From Verrucomicrobiota bacterium (GTDB taxonomy: Bacteria; Verrucomicrobiota; Verrucomicrobiia; Opitutales; Seribacteraceae), in contig JAQBYT010000005.1 in assembly GCA_027622665.1 (NCBI GenBank), positions 1 through 64,000 of the forward strand: DNA of 64,000 nt, given 5' to 3'. The position numbers were made by a program, and so were the translations under genes. The notes below the pieces were generated by a model. It was not told the DNA's origin, did no database searches, and worked only from the letters and a program-made list of their open reading frames with translations. Shown one piece after another: positions 56,418-64,000 of the stretch (position 1 is the stretch's first letter; the number at the start of each line of letters is the position of its first letter).

Positions 56418-58631
56418 TTAAAACGAGTGCGACAAGGATACGATAAAATTACGACCGGGACCGTTGAGGCCGGAACCGTGCACCCGGTAGTCTTCGTCTC
56501 CGAGGTTCTCGGCAGCCAATGAGATCGCGGAGTTTTCGCCGATCGATCGTCCCCCGCGCAGACCGAAAAGAATGTAACCCGGGGTGCCGTTGGTAGGTAT
56601 ACGGGAGTCGTCGCTTTCGTCCTTAAGGGAAAGATCGTCCGCTCTGTCGACTGCAAGAATGGACAATTCCCCCCACCAAGGAGATGCAGGCGGGGCGTAG
56701 CGGGTAAGGAACTCCGCTTGAATTGGCATCAGGCGTGTGGTGGCACGGTCGACGGGCATGTAATTCCGCCCATCTATGGATACCGTTCCCGTTGCATTGT
56801 CATCCAATAACTGCTCGACCTCGCCGTCCATCCAGGAAAAACTCAGTTCAGAACTCCAAGAGGAAGTCCAATCGTAGCCCAGTTCGATCTCGATTCCTTG
56901 AATGAATCCGTCCCCGTTAGCCTTGAGGACGTCGGATTTACCGGATTCGATTGGGGAGCGAACGATCATATCGTTGATCCAAGTGTGATAAGCGGAAACC
57001 ATGAATTTCCAATCTCCCTCGGTTTTCCTTAAGCCGACTTCCAATTGGAGGAAGGTTTCTGAATCAAGTGAGGTGTTTGGGCTTTCCACGGCACTGGTTT
57101 CATCCGTTGAGGTCAGGTCGTATAAACTTGGCGGACGAAATCCTTGAGAGAGTCCCCCGAAAAGGAAGTTTCCATCCGAGATTTCCTTGCTGATCCTTAG
57201 TGACCCAATCAACTCTTCGTATTTCTTTGTTTTTGGATTTTGAATCGTCGAAGTATCGCTGTTCTTTAAATAGTATCGGCCGAGTTCGGCCTGGACGGAG
57301 GAAAAGCGGATGCCTGGCTCGAAGGTCCATCCGGAAGTCACCTCGTAGGTGTCGTTTACGTAAATGGCGTAACGATGATGCCGGGCTTCTGCGGCCAAGG
57401 GGCCTTGAGCATAGTCTCGTGCTATTCCTGAAGAATTGTTCAAGTCTGATCCAAAGGAAGAGACGTCCTCTAAATGACATTCAAAGCCATACGCGAGTCT
57501 GCCACCCCATGGGTCATCGGTTTCAAAACGAGAAGAAAATCCCAAATCATCGAGATCAAAACCCTGCTTGTCGTCAATAAGATGTGTGCCTGACTTTTCC
57601 CTTCTACGATGCCGCTCTTGGCCATGTTGGTGGAAGCTGAGAGTCAGCAAGCCGGCATCCGCCAAACCGCCGGCGCCCTCCCAAGCGAGCTTTCCATAAT
57701 AAAGGTTTCGTTCCTGATCGAGGCGTCGCCAGATCTCTTTGCCTTTGGAGAGACCTTCCCATTCCAATCCATCGACTGTCTTGTGGGTGCGAGGGACATC
57801 TTCCATGAAGACGCGCTGAAAGCCAAAAGTTATGCTAGAGTCCTCTCCGAGTCTTCGCGCTAGACGAAAATTGGTCCCGAGCACATCATAACCTGTATTT
57901 ATCTGTTTGCCGACCTGTCGTCCACCTTCCAAGTCCCCAAAACTTCTTTCGGCATGGGATAGCTCGGCGAACCAATTTTTTGTTGAAACTTCCCCTTTGA
58001 CATGTCCCGTCCACGAAGATTCGGCTGAAGAGAAACGAGCGAATGCCTCACCCTTAGAGAGAATTCCTTCATCTGTGAAATATGGATTTTCAGATATGAT
58101 GTTGACTACTCCTCCAATTGCATCTGCACCGTACGTTATTCCATTCGGTCCACGTACCAATTCGATGCGATCTGCCCCTAGAATTTCTACTGTGCTCCAG
58201 TATTGGTTTGGGCCGGAGCGCATGGCGGAATGATTGAGACGAATGCCATCAACGAGAAGTAGATTGTGGTAGCCCGTGAAGCCTCTTACATATGGAGATG
58301 ACTGCCCCAACGCCGTTTTTTGCACCATGACGGAGGGCAAGCCCGACAGTGCCTCGGGCATCGATCTTGCCGTAAGTCGAATATCGTTTACCTCCATCCT
58401 TTCCGTTGACCATGGCGAGCTAGCCATGGGTTCAGCAAACCCTCCTCGGGCAGTTACTACCATTGGCGCTAAAGCCTCAGTTTCATTTTTGTCAGCTCTC
58501 GAGAACTTGGCAACGAATAGACTGTAGATGGAGACACCAATTAGTAGAAAAGTTCGTGAGTAAATACGGCAAGCGAAAGCAAGGCCCATTCTGATTGCAA
58601 TTGTTATTGCGTACATTTTGTTCGAAAACAT
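56418..58631 (-). CDS. TonB-dependent receptor
   Basis: PMVVTARG TonB-box region, RIELVRGP..YGADAIGGVVN plug, terminal Phe; start uncertain. Confidence 0.93.
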   Translation of the reverse strand: MFSNKMYAITIAIRMGLAFACRIYSRTFLLIGVSIYSLFVAKFSRADKNETEALAPMVVTARGGFAEPMASSPWSTERMEVNDIRLTARSMPEALSGLPSVMVQKTALGQSSPYVRGFTGYHNLLLVDGIRLNHSAMRSGPNQYWSTVEILGADRIELVRGPNGITYGADAIGGVVNIISENPYFTDEGILSKGEAFARFSSAESSWTGHVKGEVSTKNWFAELSHAERSFGDLEGGRQVGKQINTGYDVLGTNFRLARRLGEDSSITFGFQRVFMEDVPRTHKTVDGLEWEGLSKGKEIWRRLDQERNLYYGKLAWEGAGGLADAGLLTLSFHQHGQERHRRREKSGTHLIDDKQGFDLDDLGFSSRFETDDPWGGRLAYGFECHLEDVSSFGSDLNNSSGIARDYAQGPLAAEARHHRYAIYVNDTYEVTSGWTFEPGIRFSSVQAELGRYYLKNSDTSTIQNPKTKKYEELIGSLRISKEISDGNFLFGGLSQGFRPPSLYDLTSTDETSAVESPNTSLDSETFLQLEVGLRKTEGDWKFMVSAYHTWINDMIVRSPIESGKSDVLKANGDGFIQGIEIELGYDWTSSWSSELSFSWMDGEVEQLLDDNATGTVSIDGRNYMPVDRATTRLMPIQAEFLTRYAPPASPWWGELSILAVDRADDLSLKDESDDSRIPTNGTPGYILFGLRGGRSIGENSAISLAAENLGDEDYRVHGSGLNGPGRNFIVSLSHSF

Positions 58632-58763
58632 CCTTAGGTTTAGTTCCCATTGGTTTCTGGATGGAAATTCCAGTAAAAGTTGATTTAAAGTTGAAATTAT
58701 TAGAAACCCATAAATTTACTGAGGTAGTTGACAATCTAAAATATAAGGTTTCTCTTTAATTCA

Positions 58764-59363
58764 ATGATCGAAGACCCCCTAAAGCAAGACGAGCCTCCCA
58801 AGCCCACCGGCAGACCTCCGAAGCCCGGAAAGCCTCCGTTGTTTAAGGATCGCCGGGCGCACAGGATCGAGTTGCGCAATAAGATCTCCGGATTCAAAGA
58901 AGAAATCAATGAACTCAAGGCTTTCAAGACGGACGACGAATCCAAGAAAGCCGAGATTCAACAGAGAATGTCGGTTTTGAAGACGCGACTCAAGGAATGC
59001 GAAATGGAGAAAGAGTCGATCGAGCAATTCAACCATACCCAGTTCGTAAAGAACGTTGAGAAGAGCCGCGAAGACGAATCACGTTTCGATAAGGAGTCAC
59101 ATGGGCAGACTCGTTTTTTCAAAAATCTTACTAAGGATGCGGAATCCGAGGACACAACTGTAGGTTCCGGATGGGATTCCACCGGGGGTGACAATAAAGA
59201 GGCGACTCATGCTTTACTTGAGGAGGCGAAGCCGGAAGCAGTTTCCTCGCCCGAGCCTGAAGTTCAATCCACAGAACCCCTTACGGAAGAGGAGACATCC
59301 CCAAAAGTGGAAACCGAGGCACCCTTGCCTCAAATCGAAATACCTCCGAATACAATTGTCTAG
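58764..59363 (+). CDS. Hypothetical charged/coiled-coil protein
   Basis: Fills the gap between genes; K/E-rich with P/E tail. Confidence 0.65.
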   Translation: MIEDPLKQDEPPKPTGRPPKPGKPPLFKDRRAHRIELRNKISGFKEEINELKAFKTDDESKKAEIQQRMSVLKTRLKECEMEKESIEQFNHTQFVKNVEKSREDESRFDKESHGQTRFFKNLTKDAESEDTTVGSGWDSTGGDNKEATHALLEEAKPEAVSSPEPEVQSTEPLTEEETSPKVETEAPLPQIEIPPNTIV

Positions 59364-59378
59364 GTTTGCTCGAGACAC

Positions 59379-60866
59379 CTACTCGTAGCGCCACTTCATG
59401 ACCCACGGATCGTTGGTCAGTTCTTGAAAGGCTTTCAGCTTTTTCTTTAGTCGGTCAAGAAGCTCTTCATGTTTTGAGGATTTGGCGAGGTTGTTTCCTT
59501 CGTGAGGGTCTTCTTGTAAGTCGTATAGCTCGAATGCGGGTCGGTGGATGTAGCTTCGTACGGTCTTTGCCCCGTAGGGAGCGCTCATTCCCTGTTTCCA
59601 TTGCGCCTGCCATGTGGGAGCTCTCCAAAGGTCTGATGCGAAAGGGTAGGGTAGGCCATGGGCGATGTTCCAAATCAACTTGTATCGCCTTTCCCGAACT
59701 ACGCGCATGGGGTAATACATCGTGATTTCATGAAAGGTATGGGAGGCGTTTACTTGATCCCAACCAGTGGTTTTTTCTTTTTCCAAAACCGAAAGGAACG
59801 AGCGACCATGGAACTTGCCCGGGGTTAATCCCCGACCGTTTTGCTCCCCTTTGACCTTGGCGATACCGAGGCTTTGTGCGGTGGACGGGTTGAGCTTCCC
59901 CTTATCGTCGAGCACATTGGCAAATTGAAGAATGGTTGGGGCAAGATCCACCCAACTGACCATGGCATCGGTCGCGATGCCCCTTTTGTTCAAGTAGGGG
60001 TTCCTCACTAGACAGGGTGAGTGCATGCCGCCTTCATAAAGCGTGGTCTTGGCTCCCGGCATAGCTATGCCGTGATCCGCAATGAAGAGAAAAAGGGTGT
60101 CTTCCCATTTATTCGTTTCCTTGAGAATTTCGATGAGTCGACCGATCCCTTGGTCCACGCGTGAAACAGACTGGTAGTATTGAGCAATCTCTGCTCGGCA
60201 GGTCGGTGTGTCCGGCAGAAAGCCGGGAACGCTTACCTTGGCGGGATCGTAGATCACTTCCTTGATTCCGGGATAGCCCTTGGATCCTGGTTTTGGGTTG
60301 CCGAAGCGGTCGGGTTTGTAGGGAAGTTCATTGGCGAAACCGCCTCCCCGATGCGGATCGGAGGTGCAGATGTAGAGAAAGAACGGTTTTTCCGAATCTT
60401 CGGCGAGAAAGGCTTTTGAGTTTTCCGCCATTTCTACAGGGCTACGGGAGTTCCCGGGAATGGCTTGGCCGAACTTGTAGATACTTTCGGGAGCCACATG
60501 GTATTTGCCGCAACGAGCGGTTCGATAGCCGCCATGAGAAAGGTATACGGGAAGGCTGATAAGGTTTCCGTAGCTGTTGAACTTGTGGTAACTATGCTGA
60601 TGGCCGTAGTGACCGTTGGCATGGTTGTGGAGACCCGAAAGGATAACGGACCGGCTGGCCGAGCAGCTGGCGGTCGTGCAGAAGGCGTTCTTGAAGAGAG
60701 TTCCATCGGCGGCGAGAGCATCGAGATTCGGAGTTTTTAGCGCCGGGTTCCCGTATGCGCCGAAATCGGGACTCTGGTCGTCGGTTACGAACAAGACGAC
60801 ATTGCGCTTTGCGGCTTGGGCGATGCCTAGGCAAAGCAAGAAAATCAAAGACGTAAAAGTTTTCAT
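59379..60866 (-). CDS. Sulfatase (sulfamidase-like)
   Basis: Signal peptide, TDD, CSASR, GKYH, ADHG. Confidence 0.93.
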   Translation of the reverse strand: MKTFTSLIFLLCLGIAQAAKRNVVLFVTDDQSPDFGAYGNPALKTPNLDALAADGTLFKNAFCTTASCSASRSVILSGLHNHANGHYGHQHSYHKFNSYGNLISLPVYLSHGGYRTARCGKYHVAPESIYKFGQAIPGNSRSPVEMAENSKAFLAEDSEKPFFLYICTSDPHRGGGFANELPYKPDRFGNPKPGSKGYPGIKEVIYDPAKVSVPGFLPDTPTCRAEIAQYYQSVSRVDQGIGRLIEILKETNKWEDTLFLFIADHGIAMPGAKTTLYEGGMHSPCLVRNPYLNKRGIATDAMVSWVDLAPTILQFANVLDDKGKLNPSTAQSLGIAKVKGEQNGRGLTPGKFHGRSFLSVLEKEKTTGWDQVNASHTFHEITMYYPMRVVRERRYKLIWNIAHGLPYPFASDLWRAPTWQAQWKQGMSAPYGAKTVRSYIHRPAFELYDLQEDPHEGNNLAKSSKHEELLDRLKKKLKAFQELTNDPWVMKWRYE

Positions 60867-60945
60867 GGTACTGATAAGTTGGGTCTGGGGTGATGATTAA
60901 TTAAATCACCATTGCGTCTGTCGAGTTCCAATCGACTCTTAAAAT

Positions 60946-60977
60946 AGAAAAACCAGCGTCGAGTGATGCTGGCTTTT
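60946..60977 (-). terminator. Rho-independent terminator
   Basis: Minus strand CCAGCATC-ACTC-GACGCTGG (one mismatch) followed by TTTTT, downstream of the 61043 stop. Confidence 0.6.
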
Positions 60978-61042
60978 CGGGATGTGGTGGAGATTTTTAA
61001 GCCTTGCGGGATAGGCTTTTCCGGAACTTATTTGCCTGCTAT

Positions 61043-62128
61043 TTATCCAATCGAGACAGGTAGCCCGGTACGGGCTGATTCGTAGGTTGCATCAATGGTT
61101 TTCATTAGCGACAAAGCTTGGTCCGGAGTGTTCAGTGGTGCTTCGGCGCCTTCTATGGAAAGAATGAAGTTTTGGGCGGCGCGGATACGTCCCATATCCT
61201 CGTTTGCCTCGGTGATAATGGAGCGATTCACGGAGCGACCATTCTCCTGTACGTAGAGCTCGCAATTGTCGATTGCCGTCTCATCGAGACCATCCGAACC
61301 AAAAAGTCTGCGGATCATCCCACCTGCCTTTGTGCCCTGAAAGGTGACGGAGACTTCCTCACGTTTATTCATTTCGGCCCAAGAGACCTGAAAGGAAAGA
61401 ACTTGCCCGGTTGCGAAGCGTACGAAACCGTGGGCCGCGCTCTCGACATCCGTCGCGCCATCGACAACGTCTGGTATTCCCCAAGGTCCCTTGAATGATT
61501 TATCGGTGATGAATTCATCAAAGGTTTGAGCGAGAACATATTGTGGTTCAGGGTAGTCCATGTAGTACATGGCGAGGTCTACCATATGTAAAAGGTCGAT
61601 GAGAGGGCCCCCTCCGGATAGTTCCTTATTGGTAAACCAACCCCCAAATCCAGGTATGCCCGTACGCCGAATCCATTTGGCTTGCGCGGAATTTATGCGA
61701 CCTACTTCGCCTCCCTTGATGTAATCCCGCAAGGCGTAGGACTCAGGTCTTGCCCGGTTGTTGAAATTAAACATCAAGGTTTTGCCCGCAGCCTCCGCGG
61801 CATCCTTCATTTGGGCTACTTCCACGGCATTCAGTGCGGGAGGTTTTTCACAGAAGACATGCTTGCCCGCTTCTAAGAGTTGAACGCTCAGTGGTTTGTG
61901 AAAGCGATTGGGGGTGATCACGCTTACGGCTTCCAGGTCGGGTTGCTGCTCAAGCATTTCCGCGACGTCGCTGAACACATTGGCAACATCGAATTCTTTC
62001 GCTGCTTTTGCGGCGGCGGCCTCGTTTGTATCGCAAATTGCGATTATGTCGGCATCGGCTTTTCTAAAGCCAGCCGCATGGTATTGGAGCATACCGCCCG
62101 CACCGATGATTCCTACTTTGGTAGCCAT
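61043..62128 (-). CDS. Gfo/Idh/MocA oxidoreductase
   Basis: VGIIGAGG, CEKP, GGWFT..SGGGPLID. Confidence 0.92.
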   Translation of the reverse strand: MATKVGIIGAGGMLQYHAAGFRKADADIIAICDTNEAAAAKAAKEFDVANVFSDVAEMLEQQPDLEAVSVITPNRFHKPLSVQLLEAGKHVFCEKPPALNAVEVAQMKDAAEAAGKTLMFNFNNRARPESYALRDYIKGGEVGRINSAQAKWIRRTGIPGFGGWFTNKELSGGGPLIDLLHMVDLAMYYMDYPEPQYVLAQTFDEFITDKSFKGPWGIPDVVDGATDVESAAHGFVRFATGQVLSFQVSWAEMNKREEVSVTFQGTKAGGMIRRLFGSDGLDETAIDNCELYVQENGRSVNRSIITEANEDMGRIRAAQNFILSIEGAEAPLNTPDQALSLMKTIDATYESARTGLPVSIG

Positions 62129-62133
62129 AGTTT

Positions 62134-63294
62134 TTAGATGCGGGGAAATTTGACCCACTTTTCGTTTGCCTTTGAGCTTTTTACGACAGTCTCGATAAAG
62201 GCCATTCCAATTATGCCGTCCTTGATGTCGGGAAAGTCGTAACCGCTTTTGCGGGGGAACTTGCCCGCTATCTCATCCCGAATGGCGACGCCGGCGGCGT
62301 TGTATACATTGGCGAAAGCCTCTATGAATCCTTCGGGGTGTCCGAATGGAATGCGCGTGTTTGCGGCTGCGGCTCCCGTAATGTATCCGTTGCCTCTTCT
62401 ATAAATCATGCGTGGGGCTCTGGCGTCTTTGACTAAAAGTTCGTTTGGATCTTCCTGATGCCATTCGAGAGACTTTTTGGTGCCGTACACTCTAATGTTA
62501 AGGTCGTTCTCGTCGCCGTTGGAGACCTGTGATGCGTAAATTATACCCTTCGCGCCACCTTTAAAGCGAACGAGGACATTGCCATCGTCGTCGAGGGTCC
62601 GTCCCGGAATGTTTACGGACAGATCGGCGCAGAGCTTGTCGATTTCCAGTCCCGTTATGTAGTGGACAAGGTTTTCGGCATGCGTGCCGATATCTCCCAT
62701 GCAATTGGAAATGCCCGAAATTTTTGGATCGGCTCTCCAGTTGGCGATTGCCTTGTCTTCTCCCGTCAGTGCGGTGATCGCATATCCTTGGGGATATTCG
62801 CAGACAACCTTTATAATTTCACCAAGTTCACCCTTTTTTACCATGTCACGGGCCAATTTCACCATTGGGTAGCCAGTATAGTTGTGGGTAAGAGCGAAGA
62901 CCTTTTTCGACTTATTGACGATCTTGCGAAGCTCACGCGCTTGCTCGAGGTCGTAGGTGACCGGCTTGTCGCAGATCACGTTGAAGCCAGCCTCGAGGAA
63001 GGTTTTGGCTACTTCGAAGTGCAAGTAGTTCTGCACCACTATGGTCACGAAGTCGATACGCTCGTTTTCGGGTAGCGCGGCTTCCTTTTCGGCCATCTCT
63101 TGATAGCTTGCGTAAGTTCGCTTTGGGTCGACGTAGAAGTCTTTGCCGGAGAGTTTTGATTTTTTTGGGTCCGAGGAGAACGCTCCTGCAACAAGTTCGA
63201 ATTGTCCGTCTAGGTTTGCGGCTGCTCTGTGAACACCTCCAATGAAGGCTCCGCGACCTCCGCCGACCATTCCCATGCGTAGTTTACGTTTCAT
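62134..63294 (-). CDS. Gfo/Idh/MocA oxidoreductase
   Basis: GMVGGGRGAFIG, CDKP, DIGTH, GHPEG. Confidence 0.92.
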   Translation of the reverse strand: MKRKLRMGMVGGGRGAFIGGVHRAAANLDGQFELVAGAFSSDPKKSKLSGKDFYVDPKRTYASYQEMAEKEAALPENERIDFVTIVVQNYLHFEVAKTFLEAGFNVICDKPVTYDLEQARELRKIVNKSKKVFALTHNYTGYPMVKLARDMVKKGELGEIIKVVCEYPQGYAITALTGEDKAIANWRADPKISGISNCMGDIGTHAENLVHYITGLEIDKLCADLSVNIPGRTLDDDGNVLVRFKGGAKGIIYASQVSNGDENDLNIRVYGTKKSLEWHQEDPNELLVKDARAPRMIYRRGNGYITGAAAANTRIPFGHPEGFIEAFANVYNAAGVAIRDEIAGKFPRKSGYDFPDIKDGIIGMAFIETVVKSSKANEKWVKFPRI

Positions 63295-63341
63295 ATCATT
63301 ATTTTTCCGGCAGGCTAATTATATGGCTTGATCCGACATCG

Positions 63342-64000
63342 TCACTGGTTGTCTTTGTCGAATGCTGAGTCGAATGCCATTTCATTGGGTTTGAAATCAA
63401 GATCCCTAACGAAATCGCACGATTCCTCGCCCCCATGAAAGCGATCCATTCTGCTGTCTTCCCATTCGACTGAAAGCGGGCCCTTATAGCCGACGTCGTT
63501 GAGGGCTACGATAATCTCTTCGAAGTCGATGTCGCCTCGACCAACCGACCGAAAATCCCAAAAGCGTCGCGGGTCGGCGAATGTGGTGTGGCCGCCGAAT
63601 ATCCCAACGGAACCATCTCCATGACCCCACCAAGCATCCTTCATATGGACATGATAGATACGGTCCGCGAAGTCTCGGATGAACTTCACGTAGTCTACTC
63701 CTTGATACCCTAGGTGGGAAGGATCGTAGTTGAAGCCGAAACGCTTATGGTTCTTAAGGGCCTTTAACGCTCGTTCGGCGCTGGCGATGTCAAAAGCTAT
63801 TTCAGTCGGGTGGACTTCCAAGCCAAAGTTGACGTTATGCTTTTCGAACTCCTCCATGATGGGGCCGAAGCGTATAGCAAAATCTTCAAAGCCTTTTTCC
63901 CAATAAGCTTGGTCGGTGGGCGGAAACGCATAGATTGAGTGCCAGATGCTCGATCCCGTAAAGCCGTTCACCACCGCGGGGAAATCATCCTTTTTGCCGC
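63342..64000 (-). CDS. Sugar phosphate isomerase/epimerase TIM-barrel protein, 5' end outside window
   Basis: LEVHP, NYDPSH, HVHMKD, SVEWED. Confidence 0.9.
   Translation of the reverse strand, partial: GKKDDFPAVVNGFTGSSIWHSIYAFPPTDQAYWEKGFEDFAIRFGPIMEEFEKHNVNFGLEVHPTEIAFDIASAERALKALKNHKRFGFNYDPSHLGYQGVDYVKFIRDFADRIYHVHMKDAWWGHGDGSVGIFGGHTTFADPRRFWDFRSVGRGDIDFEEIIVALNDVGYKGPLSVEWEDSRMDRFHGGEESCDFVRDLDFKPNEMAFDSAFDKDNQ

Noticed and set aside
58632..58763. Riboswitch or Fur box upstream of the TonB receptor
   Set aside because: AT-rich, but no recognisable riboswitch core and only a poor Fur match

Overview
A gene-dense 64 kb bacterial chromosome segment of about 55 CDS. Gene content (PEP-CTERM protein, DUF5069, DUF1501 + DUF1549/1553, PVC-type haem/dehydrogenase, several PQQ-like propellers, sulfatase) suggests a Verrucomicrobiota, probably Opitutales-like, genome; this is inference. 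I saw no rRNA, tRNA, CRISPR array, transposase or integrase. Family calls come from motif recognition by eye, not database searches. Main blocks: sugar oxidoreductase/MFS clusters (7.9-16.5 kb, 61-64 kb), a two-component locus, a protease/pseudoprotease pair, a HesA-like E1 with a double-domain ModABC, a DUF3570-ApbE-DUF4266 flavinylation locus, a PhoBR-porin-Na/Pi-ArsC block, a DUF3299 ABC system, and a Cys-rich anchored protein/ABC/MoaD-like operon. Best leads: (1) a possible nif-independent Mo/W-sulfur system combining the MoaD-like + ABC + Cys-rich protein operon with the HesA-like + double ModA operon; (2) an ApbE locus with no thioredoxin but with an Ig-like protein carrying a second flavinylation-like motif; (3) a 4.1 kb three-gene cassette with no mobility gene that splits a GNAT gene, flanked by a 6-bp direct repeat.
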